Notes under the pieces: model-generated
Told to the model about the DNA's origin: nothing
Seen by the model: only the letters and a program-made list of their open reading frames with translations
Database searches by the model: none
Program-made: the position numbers and the translations under genes
Part shown: positions 36,881 to 50,101 of the stretch, piece after piece
How the letters are laid out: each line of letters starts with the position of its first letter
Position numbering within the stretch: position 1 is the stretch's first letter
Assembly: GCF_001194135.2 (NCBI RefSeq)
Contig: NC_068985.1
Location: forward strand, 34,706,561 to 34,764,066
Direction of reading: 5' to 3'
Origin: Octopus bimaculoides
Taxonomy: Eukaryota
Length of the DNA stretch: 57,506 bases

Positions 36881-39800
36881 GTAAGTTGAAATATAATTTC
36901 ATTATAAATCTGTGAAATAATTTATTATTTACATTCAAGACAGAAAAGCACTGATTTTTTCATCTTAATTTCTGTTAATTTTGTATTTTAACAAAAAATT
37001 TCTACATAATTAATTTTCTTTGCTTTTCCAAAATAATTTGTTCAATAAAAATACAAATAGTAGGTTGTAAGTTACATAAATTATTCAACTTATTAAGTTT
37101 TAAACAGTATATAACTGGATATACTGGAGACCTGCTTTTCTATATCACATACCAACGATCTCTGATCTTTCAAAAAACTGGTGAATGCTTAGTTATGCTT
37201 TACATTAGCAAAACCTTGAATTGTGTCTGAGTAGAAATGCCTATCTTTTAGTATCCATCTATCTCATCTCATGAATTGGAAGTTTCTGATCAGTCTACTC
37301 TCTTACAGCATGTATTAATATAACAATCTCTGAATCACATTCTTGTATACCTCAAAGTTCAATTATGCATTCACGTAAACATCGTTCTGCCTGTTTCTTC
37401 TAACAAAAGGCTGCTATACACATTATACCCCTTTTTACTCCTGCTCAATTTTCCACACAGCCTTGATACATATGAACAGACTTACAATTCTTCCATGAGC
37501 AGAAGCTTTTAAATCGTCCTTCAATGGAGACATAATATGATAGCATTTGTTTTCACTATCATCAAACATAATCATAGCACATATTAAAGAACAGACTTGC
37601 AACGCTACACCTATTCTATGCTTGAGCAAAACAGCTAAAACTCTCAAAATTGCTAAGTCTCAAATGATATTTCACTGTAAANNNNNNNNNNNNNNNNNNN
37701 NNNNNNNNNNNNNNNNNNNNNNNNNNNNNNNNNNNNNNNNNNNNNNNNNNNNNNNNNNNNNNNNNNNNNNNNNNNNNNNNNNNNNNNNNNNNNNNNNNNN
37801 NNNNNNNNNATATATATATATATATAAAATATTGTCAATACAACATTCTAAAGATTAAGCTTCCTCTCCAGAGTCAGAAATTATTTCAGCTCTGACTAAT
37901 TGATTATCTCCTCAGAAAAAAAGCTGTCAGTAGAATACTACTCTAATATGTGGTATAGTTTTGCTGCTGCAAGCACATAGACACATTATTGACTGCATCT
38001 CTCAAAAGACTGACTGTGAGGAATTCACTTACTAGCATGCTGCAACTAGGAACCTTCAAATTTTCTGCTTCACCTCTTCTACAACTAGTTCTGCTCTAAA
38101 TTAGTAAATAGTGTACCACTTCTGCCCAAGCTTATCTGATGATCCAAGCTATCCTAGTCTCATTATCTTTGGTCTGTATTAATTCCTTCAGTCCTTTTAT
38201 TTCAGAAATGAAAATCTATGAAACTCGCTCCTCAATATTTTTCCTGCAGGCATAAATTTGCACGAAATCAAATTGAGCATCAGCAACCTAACAAAAAGAA
38301 ATTCTGCAAGTGTCATAGATATTGTCCCTCCTCTTCTAAATAGAATCTACTCATAAATTACATTATTCACTACAGCCAAATAAATTTTTGATAACATCAC
38401 AGTTTATATTGCAGTTTTCAATATTTCAGTTCAGCTTTATCAAGCTAAATAGAAATTTTGCTTAATCAATGGTAAACAATATTTCTGTTCAAATTGATAG
38501 AGCTCAAATTCGTTTCAGTCTGTGTAAAGGTTTACAGTTGTACATTTTCTAATGAAAGCTGCTCTTCTTTTATCATATAGTTTGTAGAAAATGTGATTTA
38601 GCACTCGCTGGGTGCTTCACAATCCCATACATAATTCATGGAAGGAAAAGGCGAGGACAAGATCTCTCTGAATAAATAACAATAATAATTTATTTCTCTG
38701 AATAAACGTTCCATCTCTGGTTAACGGTAGCTGCGAACACCTAGGTGAAGAAGCAGCAGGGTTGGTAGTTAGGCACCAAGGCAATAAGGCATTATTGCAG
38801 ACTCACAGTGCCGCTCGCCATTAAAGGTCCCATTCTCAACAGAGCTGCTCTAAGTTGTGTCCTGCCCTGTCAGAAGCTGTGATCGAAGAGAGTGAATGGT
38901 GGTGAAGCCTAGCTGCTGCTGATGATTGTGCATGCGCATAAGGGGCTTCCGTCAGGTCTTCAGAAGGCTCTAAACCTTGTGTATGCGTAGATGAATGTTC
39001 CAACATGGCGTCTAGAACTATGCGTCACTACAAGTTCATATATAAATGTTAATTATCTCAACATCGTGGTATCTAGAACTAAAATATCTACTATGTTCAT
39101 TATATGTTTTATTGTTTGCATCATATAAGTGGCATTATAGCTGTGGTGGAACATGCCTATTGTGAGAGGTATGCTATCTTGATATATATGACTTGAAAGA
39201 TACAGTCTGGTTTTAGAGATACTAGAGATTAGAGGAGGTGGGATGAATGCCTCACTCAACAGGAAGTGCTACTACATATAAAAAGTATTTTAAGGTTTGA
39301 AGTTATCATGTTTAATTATTGCTGCTGTTGCTTAGATTTAAGTCAATCTTATGAAGAAAACCTATAGCATTAGGAAGGGCAACTAGCTGTGACAAACCAT
39401 GCCAAAAGAGACAGAGTAGCTAAGTGCAGTTCTCCAGCTTGCCTGCTCCTGTTCAATTGTCCTACTGATGCCAGCATGAAAAACAGATGTTAAATGATAA
39501 TGATAATGATGATGTTATTGATCATCCTGTCCTTTTGTATATGCAGCACTACCTTGTTCACTGTATCCCCCTTTTTTTTTTACCAGAAATTTGGATTTGA
39601 TTTGAATCCATGACAATTCTAGCAGATTGAATTACCATTCAACACTTCCCTCTTTGGTTCATATGTTTAACTGTTTCCCCAATTGTAAATTTCTTTTTCT
39701 GTTTAAGAAAAAGGAGTTTATTGTGACAGAGAAGGACAGGTAATCATGTAAAGTGTATGGATATATAAAAATATACAGTGAAAGAAAAAAGAATAACTCA

Positions 39801-41227
39801 TTAAAAGATGAGTGTATTTATTCAGTTTTCATTATTTAACACTGAACCCACTGGCCTTGAATTCCATTACCAATATGTGCCTATATCCGATGAAACTAAT
39901 ATTCTGTTTTGCCACATACTTCTGTGTAGCCCTGGTGCACATGCTTTCTGCACCAGTCAATGATCATTTTACATTGCTGCTACAGCTTGTGTTCTTCATA
40001 AAGCTATCACTGTGACTTTTGTGAAGTTTGTGTGAGGCTTGGGGGAAAAATATGTTGTATTGAAAATCTGACATCTGAGTCAGTTAAATATTCAATTTTT
40101 AGTCATTACATGGAACAACCGAAAGGCTTTGATTATAACCATGAAAGTGATTTTGAAAGCATATTACCCAGCAGATGAAGATAGCATGCTAGATGCTGTT
40201 TCTGTACAAAATGTACAAATAATATATGAGAAGTAGTCTCAGATTGCAGAAGAAGGGGTGTGGTAGTACTCCTAATAGTTACTTTTGGATTTGTAATAAC
40301 AATTGTTTTCTAATGATTTCCAACCCAGAGATATCTTGTGTCTAAAAATATTCTTGATAATCTTACTGCAGGATTAGCTAATCCTGTGAATTATTTGATC
40401 CAGTTGTTCTGAATAAATGAAATTTGGTAGCTGTTAGTAGATGAAACCAATAATCAAGCTGTGCAAGTCAAAGCAGCTAATCCCAATAACTGTTATGCAA
40501 TTCACTAACTGTATGAATGAAGATAACCCTGCTGATAAAAATGACAAAATCGATAAATTTCATCTTGTGTTCACCACAATGGAATCTGTTACTTGAAGAG
40601 AGGAGTATCAACACAAAGAATACTCTGTCAAAAAGATAATGTATCAAAAATAAATCCTTCATTTTCTGTTTATAATGGGTATATTCTTGTGTATTGACAC
40701 TGGAGATAATAACTACTGGAAAATTTGGTAATGAAAGATAGAAGACAAAAAAAGATTGATGTAAAGGATATCTCATTACAAATTAAACATATTTATATTT
40801 ATTACGTTGTTAGCATCCTGGACAAAATGTGTAGCTGCATTTCATTCATCTTTCTGTTCTGAGTTTAAATTTTCTAGAGATTGACTTTGCTTTTCATTCT
40901 TTCAAGGTCGTTAAAATAAATACTGGTTGAGCACTGGCTTCAATGTAATCAATCAGCTCCCTCTCCCGAAATTTCAGACCTTGTGTCTATAGTTGAAAAG
41001 ATTGTATTTATTACATTTTGTCCAGTTGAATTTGCTAATATTTTTGCAGTTTTTCTGTGATTTTCATGCAGGTGTCTATAGTGTTGGAGACTGCACACCT
41101 TGTTAGGATTCAAAGAATTAAACAAATTTCTTAATAAATGATAGGAAAATGCAAAATGCTTCATGAAGTTTCTTAAAAGATCTTCAGTGTGTGATTAAAA
41201 ATTTTTTTTATTTATTTATTTTTATAG

Positions 41228-41476
41228 ATGTACCTGATATTACTGCATCAGAGAATATGACATTAATTGAGAATCAAGCATCCATTCTAAACTGTTCTGC
41301 AGAAGGAAACCCTATCCCAGAAGTGAGGCTGGAATATGAAAATCAAAGTTTTCCTTCAAACTCCCCCTTAACTTTTGATCGTAGAAATAGCAGTGATGTT
41401 TTCTGTGTTGCCGTTGCAAAGAGTACAAAACATGGAAATTTGACATCTAGAAAGAAAATTAATATCCTATTGAAAT
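41228..41476 (+). CDS. Ig-like domain 6 exon (LNCSAEGNPIP..VFC)
   Basis: tttttatAG acceptor, T|GTATGT donor, 249 nt, phase 1-1, C-x-A-x-G-N-P-x-P motif. Confidence 0.9.
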
Positions 41477-41499
41477 GTATGTTAAGTATAAATATTTTT

Positions 41500-41501
41500 T
41501 C

Positions 41502-41532
<31 letters not shown>

Positions 41533-41541
41533 TGCTGCTGA

Positions 41542-41591
<50 letters not shown>

Positions 41592-41592
41592 T
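41500..41592. repeat. Compound (CTG)n(CTA)n microsatellite ~25 nt after the domain-6 exon donor
   Basis: Directly visible. Confidence 0.9.
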
Positions 41593-43059
41593 CTCCACCA
41601 TCTTCACCACTACCATTACCATCCCCATCACCACTAGCTCCTATATATAACCTGTTGCATTCCATAACTACAGTTTGTCACTTTTTGAATCACATTGTTA
41701 AACACAAAAGTAAAGTCTTGTAACCAAATAGATTATTGAAGCACTAGAAAATACTTATTAGTTACAGTGTCTTTCCTGTTGCTTGGTTTCATGGTACCTA
41801 TTTAGAGCTTGATGGACTAATAACTGACACGGCATAACACCAGTAGAATACGTGCTGTCTCTTCTTCTTGCCTATTCTATTATTATTACTATAACACTGC
41901 TCCTAACTTTTTGCAACCTCCATCCAAGATTATATAATGCATTTGTCTCTCCCACTTTTCTGATTGCTCAAGCCCTGCACTAACCACTATATACAATCAA
42001 ACCATCTCAGGGCTGAAGTCTGTGATATTCCCTCCCCACTTATGCTTTTTTTGCAGATATTGGTAATCAAAACTGGACACAAACTGTATTAGTCTTACCA
42101 GATTTAGAAAATTTTTGGAAAAAAAAAATGGCTGCAGCTACTTTTAGTTGACTGAGCTCTAAGTAATCATATAATGCTTCCATCTAACATGCTGTTCCTG
42201 CTATATCCACTGTATTTACTCTGAGAATAATATTCATGACACCCAGACTTTGCAATCTTGCTGTTGTTCAGATTCAGAACTTCCTAAGTTTAGGAGAATG
42301 ATCTTCTGTGAATGAACAAATGAATTAATAAATGGTTTGGGATCGTTGATCCTTGCTTTTACTGATAGAATCATTGTGAACAACCTTCATATCAATTTAT
42401 CCAGTTCTGATGGTTTCAGTATTTGTGGTTGTTCTGATCTTTAAAACCACCTTGCTTCTATTAGTATATTGTGTAAACATCTTCAACTGCCCTATTTCTG
42501 CATATTGACATATCTTTTGATATGTTTTAAATGGGAAAATTTAATTTCTCCTATAACTATTGATAGAGAAATAGTTGTCAAATTAATGTTTCACAAAGAC
42601 ATCTTTAATTGAAATATCTCTCCTTAGAACAGAAACTTGAGAAATTAGATGTCTGAACTCATAATCTGTAAAAACAATTACTCATTGAATTGAAAGAGTG
42701 GAAAATAATTTTACTGTTAGAAATGGAACACTAACCTTTTAGCATTCAGAGTACTCTGTCAAATGTAATGCTTAATTATTCACATTCTTTTGAATTAATC
42801 ATGTATTATCTTTTAGTTTCAAGATTTCAATGATGTGACTTTATTTATGGAGAGACATTGTTGGGTTGGTGTGAGAGGCTTGATGTGGTCAGTTTGAACA
42901 TAAAACATATAAAGCATTTGGGCCGGATATGACTAGTTTAGATGTTAAAGGGTTAAATCTCTAAAGAATGTGGCAATAAAATGTGTGGTTGTGCTTAGGC
43001 TACATTGTTGGCAACATCATTATTCTATTTTCAGAGTAATATAATTATTTACAATACAC

Positions 43060-44640
43060 AAGCATGGTAGATAAAGCCATGAAGGATATGAAGACCAGGA
43101 AAGTCCCTGGCCCGTCAGGATTCGCCACTGATATGCTTAAAATATCAGGTGGTGTGGATTATGGTTTAGTCACCTGTATAGTTAACCAGTGTAGTAGCAC
43201 CATAGTCAACTGCAACAAAGTAAAGGTGACACCTGAGATGGAAATAATTACAGCGGTATCAAATTGTTGGATTAATTGAGGAAAGTTATGCAAAGGGTCT
43301 TAGCCTAACTAATTAGAGCGAGAGATAGTCTAGATGAGATGCAGTTTGTTTTGTGCGAGGCAGAAGCACCACTGATGCTATAATTCTGGTAAGGCAACTG
43401 CAGGAGAAATACCTAACCAAAGATAAGCCTCTGTACTTGGCTTTTGTTGACATGGAGAAAGCCTTTGACAGGGTCATCTGATTCCTTATCTGGTGATCAA
43501 TATGAAAACTAGGAGTAGATGAGTGGTTGGTGAGAACTGCACAAGCCATGTACAGGGATGCTGTCAGTAAGGTGAGGGTTGGTAATGAGTATAATGCAGA
43601 ATTCAGTGATGTGTATAGGCAAAGACAGTTGTGTAAAGAAATGCTGATTGCTAACAGTGAAGGAAGCCTGTGGAAGAGGTAAACCCAGTAAGATATGGGT
43701 GGTGAAGCATGATCTTTGAATGTTGGGCCTAATGGATATGATAACAAGTGATCGAAACAAATGACAATATGCTGTGCTTGAGAAGACTCATCACACAAAG
43801 TGAAATTGCAATGTCAATGGCACCTGGGAAATCGTAATTGTAGCCCTTTGCTGGTAACATGATCTTCGAATGTTGAGCCTCATGGAGATGATAAGAAGTG
43901 ACTGAGACCTTTGGTGATATGATGTGCTTGGAAAGTCTCATCAAGCCAAGTGAAATCTTAGTCGTAGCCATTGCTGATGCCATGTAAATGGCACCTGTGC
44001 TGGTGGCATGTAAAAAGCACTCATTACACTCTTGGAGTGGTTGGTATTAAGAAGAGCATCCAGCTATAGAAACCATGCCAAATCAGATTGGAGCTTGATG
44101 CAGCCCTCTAGCTTACTAATTCCAGTCAAACAGTCTAACCCATGCCAGCATAGAAAGAAGACGTTAGACGATGATGATGATGATGAAAAGATTGGTAAAT
44201 GAGCAGAGAAAATATAGGATTAAGAGGAGTCTTTAATGTTGTCTAGCCTAGGATATAAAAACTTCTCTAGTGTTAGCGCCACATTAAAATGCACCCACTG
44301 ATCAGTGATTACAGATGAAGGAGTAGATGAATGGCTTGTGAAAGCCATGCAAGACATATACAGGAGTGCTGTCAACATGATGAGAATTAGCAATGAGTAT
44401 AGTGATGAAGTTAGAGTGTAGGTAGGGTACCATCAATGCTTAATTCCTTTCTACTTATCAAAGACATCCAGAAGTGCTTAAGACTGAGTGTCCATGGGAA
44501 TTCTTTTATGATGATATCCCTTTTCCTATAGCTTTCCATATTGCTTTTCTTAAGCTAGTAGGAGTAGAAAAAGTTACAGGTGTGAAAGCAAATCTTGAAA
44601 TCAAAGGGCCTCAACGTTAACTTGGCAACATTAAAGATGT
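43060..44640 (+). mobile_element. RTE-clade LINE fragments (RT pieces, 3' UTR with (GAT)n tail at ~44000-44185)
   Basis: KAMKDMKTRKVPGPSG; STTDAIILVRQLQEKYL..LYLAFVDMEKAFDRV; LGVDEWLVR..AMY; second RT piece at ~44320-44640. Confidence 0.8.
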
Positions 44641-45082
44641 TTCATTAGGTATAAGGTCAAGTTCATATTGCTCCAAGATTATGGATTTGCAATGGTTTAG
44701 ATCCCTAACTGTGTCTTGCTGCGATTTTCTGAATAAAAAAACAAATTCAATGACAATCTTAGAATATAAAGACTTACAGGGTATGAACAAGAATATATCT
44801 TGCAAAATAAAATCAAAAAAAAAAAAAGGAGGAGAAAGAAAAAAAACATCAATGCAGTAGCAAGTGCTTCAATTGGTTGCATACCACAAGGTTCAGTGGA
44901 ACCTACTGAAGCAAGCCAGCACTCTTGTGGCATTAACATGGGCACATTCATGTATTACTACAACCATATTATTTATAAATTTATTTTTGAAATGTGTATG
45001 GAACTGAAATTTTGTATTAATTTTTATTATATTTTCTAAACTGAAACTGCTTTCTGATTTTGTTTTTGTTATTTCTTTTAAG

Positions 45083-45337
45083 ATCCTCCTCAAGTAAACA
45101 TTCATATTTCAAATGAAACAAATAATACTTTACTAATTAATTGCACTGCATTTGATGGAAATCCAGCAAACTATGAATACAAACTGAAGCAAAAGTGGGG
45201 AAATGCCACTAAGAATACTTATAATATAAGTGTATTATCTATAAACAATTCTACTTTCAATAATACTGGTACATGGGAGTGTCATGTAAGCAATGAAGAT
45301 TTTCATGTGAGTAAATCATCAGACTACAAAATCACAG
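45083..45337 (+). CDS. Ig-like domain 7 exon (INCTAFDGNP..GTWECHVSN), ends at a GC donor; absent from the supplied ORF track
   Basis: atttcttttaAG acceptor; open frame YPPQVNIHISNETNNTLLINCTAFDGNPANYEYKLKQKWGNATKNTYNISVLSINNSTFNNTGTWECHVSNEDFHVSKSSDYKIT; AG|GCAAGT at 45338 gives phase 1 and 255 nt, the same length as the domain 4 and 5 exons. Confidence 0.87.
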
Positions 45338-47579
45338 GCAAGTATTTTACAAAGTCACAATTTAATTTTAAAAACATATTTACAATCAGCTATTTATTTG
45401 ATTTTATCCTATTAGAAGATTGTTGGACTTTGTTTTTTTTATGTATATCAATAAAACTGACAATTTGTAACTGTAAAGTTTTAGGAATGGTTTGATATGT
45501 AAATAGTTAAGAATTGTAGAATTCAATTCATCCGATTTTCTCCAAAAGAAATGAAGCTGTTTTCAAGAAAATTTTAAACATTCATTTTATACAGTGAAAT
45601 AGTTTCCCTATTGAATTTTCTTACCGTTTAGTCTGTTCCATTTCAACTGTCTATTGTATGCCAGTATGAAGACTATACAGCAAATTAACTTATCAGGCAA
45701 GAACATTAAATATTTCTTGTTACAGTAATTCAAATTATAAGGATATACAATTTCGGCCAATAAATAATTTATTTTCTAAGTGTTACAACAGATATTTCCA
45801 AAAACTTTCCAAAAACTTTTAATAGCATGAGGTTTTCATTTAAATTCTATACTATATTATATTTGTTATCTTTAGAAAGAAAAGAAATGTCTATATCGTG
45901 TTTAGGTGTGTATGAAGGACACTTTGTAACATAAAAGTAATGGTTTATAGAATGTCTACCACTTCAAGTGTCTTGAGATTTAAGGTAATGTAAGAACTGA
46001 TGAAACAAGATTATCAGTATAATCTTAGAAATATTGACTGTTTCTGAGCTGCATTGGAGAGATTGTCTTTAATGGAGATGACACAAATTTTGGATTAAGT
46101 GATATTTGAGAAAGAAAATTTCAAAACTTATTAAGAATTAGTCAATTTGCAAGAATAACTTCAGGGTGATATCTAGGACAATATCAGATAATGAAAATTG
46201 CTTCCTAAATTATCATAAATCTAAAAATCTCTGAAGTGAGATCTAATACAGGTTATATAAATCCAGCTCCTTTCAAAATATTTCTTTTTATGTCACACAT
46301 TGGCCTCTTGTCTTTGATCAAATATATGAAAATAATCAGTGAGTGTTATCTATTTTTAAATAACACTTGAAACTATTAACTTGACTTGCTAGTTTTAAGT
46401 GATCAAGGCTTTTTTGTACTTAAAAGCCTTAATGGTCACATCTTAAGTAATGAGTAGAATTGTAAAAAAGTAACTGACTGAGTGTTTGTTATGTATATGA
46501 AGTTAAACTGGATATGGATATAGGTAGCTAATATGACAGATTTGACTGCCATATGCATTGGGTTAGTTAAAAAGTGGTGAATAAGACTCTTTCACAAAGT
46601 TGCCAGATGTCTGTGGGGATGAGATAGCTGGAAGGAAAGGGCTGTGATGTCAACAGACAAGGGTGTTGACTGGAACAGAAAGAGTGAGAGAAGAAGTGAG
46701 AAAGAAGGACCAGGGTCATCCTCTTTTGCCTTGGGTGCTCACGATGAATGGATGTGAGGTGAGTGAGTTGATAGGGATGGGTACTAGCAGTTGCTAGCGT
46801 TAGGTGTGCAGGCTGGGCATGAGCTCTGGATTGAGTATAGCTGGGTGGCAAAATGACAATAAGGTAGGTGAATTATTTATTTCCCTGCATTACAATTCCC
46901 TTATACAACAATGTCTAATAAGTAAGAATTTGTGTAATTGGAATTAAGAGCAATAAAAACTTATATTGCATAAAGGTGTATTTTACTCTATCATTAATCT
47001 TCATTTTGAAATCTTTGTATGTGTGAATGAATTTCTTTCAGATGATTATTATTGTTTGTATTGTAGTAGAACAGACTGCTGTAAAGCATTCACTGGCAGT
47101 TAATCTATATGGTTTAGTGATGTGTAAAATTGAGAAGGTCTTACACAACAATCAAAATTGTGTTTGACATTTGGCAGGTTATTCAGATATTTTACATACT
47201 TACTACAACAGATTGTTAACATAAAATTTAGAGAAATGCAGGTAGTTGGATGACTTGATCAGGTGGAATGTGATGAGACAAGAGTGTTAGAGGATCTTCT
47301 GGGACCATACTCTGTAAAATATGCCATGGTTGTTGTGTAGTGGTTGTAATTGAATGGGATGATACACTAGAGTTCGTTTGATAACTAGGGATTCTAATTT
47401 GGAGGTGAAATGGTACAGATGCTTAGAATTGAGTCAATCTGAAAGTAAATTTCTGTCATCAAATTGTATAATTTACATTTTATTCATTCCACTTATTTTT
47501 TGAAAACTTAGGTTTCTTCTATTTCAAATTTACATTATATATTATTTTCTTTCAATATTTCATTATTTTTTTCCACCAG

Positions 47580-47888
47580 TGAAACCTATTTTCAGTTCAA
47601 TATCAAACAATTCCAAAAAGAGAAATGTGGCAATTGGAGAATCTGTAATTTTCAAACAGTGTTTTTATTCCCATCCAAAATCTTATGTAAAATGGCAAAT
47701 AAATGACGAATTAATTGACTTCAACAAATATTTAACAACTGATTTTGTATCAAGTGATTTTCCTTTCAAAGGAATCTGTACTAGTTTAAAAATAGAAGAC
47801 ATCAAAGATAATGATATTAGTACTTATACCTTAACATTGGAAAACTATGTAGGAAAAGAAGTGATTACTTTTGCCTTGAAGCATCAAG
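47580..47888 (+). CDS. Ig-like domain 8 exon, membrane-proximal, non-canonical cysteines (KQCFYSHP..KW..GICTSLKI..YTLTLEN)
   Basis: tttttttccaccAG acceptor, G|GTAAGT donor, 309 nt, phase 1-1; D-x-S-T-Y-T-L-x-x-x-N strand-F motif with Leu in place of Cys. Confidence 0.9.
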
Positions 47889-48412
47889 GTAAGTTGTTAC
47901 ATGTTTGTAATTATTCTTTAATCATTTAAAATATTGTTTCATATTATACAGAATTATTTAGAATTGATTAATTCATTGCAAAATACTCAAAGTTCTGCTT
48001 TTAGCTCATGTCTTAAAATTAGCTATGTTATAAAGATGGAGGGTCAATTTTGGCTTTGTTTCTTGTTTAAGCACTTTTACATTTGTAGGTAAGCAATTTT
48101 CTTTTCAGAAATATTTTAGATAATTACTGGAGCAAAACTTTCACTGAAAAATCATACCCTAACTCTGAGAATGACGTTTTCTGTTCAATTAACTATTTAT
48201 TTTAAGTATATTTATTTAAATATTTACTTCATAAGTAGAATCGAGTTAATTTGAATGTGGTAAGAATTTCAGCTAATAAATGGAGACAGCAAGCTGATGC
48301 ATGCGAATACTAAAATTTTACGTCTTTTTGGCCCTTTACTGGTCCAAATAGGTTAAATCTATTAAGGTATTTTCTTTGAGATTATTATTACCTCCTTAGG
48401 GCATTTTAGCAT

Positions 48413-48530
48413 TTGAGGCTTTTGAGATATTAAAAAATCAGGGTAACATTATTAACAAAAGAAACGAAGTGCTTTATGCATAAAAATCACAGGACCTTTG
48501 CAAAACTCAGTTAGTTTAGTCCCCCTCTCC
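48413..48530 (+). repeat. 118-bp Penelope 3' piece, near-identical direct repeat of 50655-50772
   Basis: 117 of 118 identical by manual alignment (gacctttg vs gaccgttg). Confidence 0.9.
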
Positions 48531-48827
48531 CCACTTCTATGAAGTGGGGAGAGGGGGACTAAACTAACTTCATAGATATGGGGAAGTTTACCTGTTGTTT
48601 CTAGAATGTTGGGTTTTCTGTTGGTTTTCTGGTATTTTTTAAGTCTACTGTTTCAGTAGAATTCTATGCATGCGGGAAACATCAGCCAAAAGTGAAACAT
48701 TGGGAGATTTTAGCTTTTTGAAAGCTGGTAGGTGATGGATGAGCAAGGTGGAGGAAGGGGCATTGAGTGTTTCTTTAAGAAAAATTAAACTATAAAAATG
48801 TATATATACATATATATATAAGGCTCT

Positions 48828-49012
48828 GAATTTACCTTCAAACGAGGAACAAAGTTTAAAATTAAAACCAATTTCTCTTGTTCCTCTGGTAACCTCATTT
48901 ATGTCCTTACTTGCGCAGGTTGCCAAAACTTCTGTATCGGACAGACGAGCCTCCCATTACGTAGAAGAGTAGCTGTCCATAAGGAACAAATAAACCTCCC
49001 TCAATACCGCCA
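48828..49012 (+). pseudogene. GIY-YIG endonuclease fragment of a different Penelope-like lineage (CxxC type)
   Basis: FSCSSGNLIYVLTCAGCQNFCIGQTSLPLRRRVAVHKEQINLPQYR, cut by an N gap. Confidence 0.75.
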
Positions 49013-49588
49013 NNNNNNNNNNNNNNNNNNNNNNNNNNNNNNNNNNNNNNNNNNNNNNNNNNNNNNNNNNNNNNNNNNNNNNNNNNNNNNNNNNNNNNNN
49101 NNNNNNNNNNNNNNNNNNNNNNNNNNNNNNNNNNNNNNNNNNNNNNNNNNNNNNNNNNNNNNNNNNNNNNNNNNNNNNNNNNNNNNNNNNNNNNNNNNNN
49201 NNNNNNNNNNNNNNNNNNNNNNNNNNNNNNNNNNNNNNNNNNNNNNNNNNNNNNNNNNNNNNNNNNNNNNNNNNNNNNNNNNNNNNNNNNNNNNNNNNNN
49301 NNNNNNNNNNNNNNNNNNNNNNNNNNNNNNNNNNNNNNNNNNNNNNNNNNNNNNNNNNNNNNNNNNNNNNNNNNNNNNNNNNNNNNNNNNNNNNNNNNNN
49401 NNNNNNNNNNNNNNNNNNNNNNNNNNNNNNNNNNNNNNNNNNNNNNNNNNNNNNNNNNNNNNNNNNNNNNNNNNNNNNNNNNNNNNNNNNNNNNNNNNNN
49501 NNNNNNNNNNNNNNNNNNNNNNNNNNNNNNNNNNNNNNNNNNNNNNNNNNNNNNNNNNNNNNNNNNNNNNNNNNNNNNNNNNNNNNNN

Positions 49589-49633
<45 letters not shown>

Positions 49634-50101
49634 TTTCCCAGATTCATAATCTCTGTATTTTTCTACGTAGATAGCAAAAAAAATTCGATAAAAAAGTTAC
49701 AAATTAAGAAATTGAGGTGGGGATAGGGGGAAATTTAAATATTGGAAAAGTGATTTCTGGTCAAAATCGTATTAACCCCCTTTTATACAATGAAACAATA
49801 CATAGTTTCTGATCCTTCTTAAGAACAGAAAACACTTGCATGCAAATTGTACCCTTGCCCTTCACTATTAAACAAACAATAACTTCTATTATTCCATTAA
49901 CTATATATCAGCTGTGCCGATTCTGCCCATAAGAAAAGAGCAAATAATACTGTGTACTTGTAGGTCATAACACCCAGGCAATGCATCTTTATTGTTTTTG
50001 AAGTCTTCAGCAGCAGTTGTGTACCCCAGCATCTACTAACCTTCATAACCCATTATCTTTTTAATATATTAATGCAAGGTCTTTTTAATATATCTTTTCA
50101 G

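Noticed and set aside
38600-39031. Possible solo LTR (- strand begins TGTAGTG, CpG-richer)
   Set aside because: The other terminus and a TSD could not be identified.
45338-45495. Read-through of the D7 exon into a hydrophobic tail as an alternative anchor
   Set aside because: T-rich intron sequence naturally encodes F/L/I, the stretch is interrupted by charged residues, and there is no independent support.
18693-47579. Dscam-like arrays of mutually exclusive Ig exons
   Set aside because: I found only one Ig exon per position; no duplicated cassette exons were visible in the introns, though gaps could hide some.
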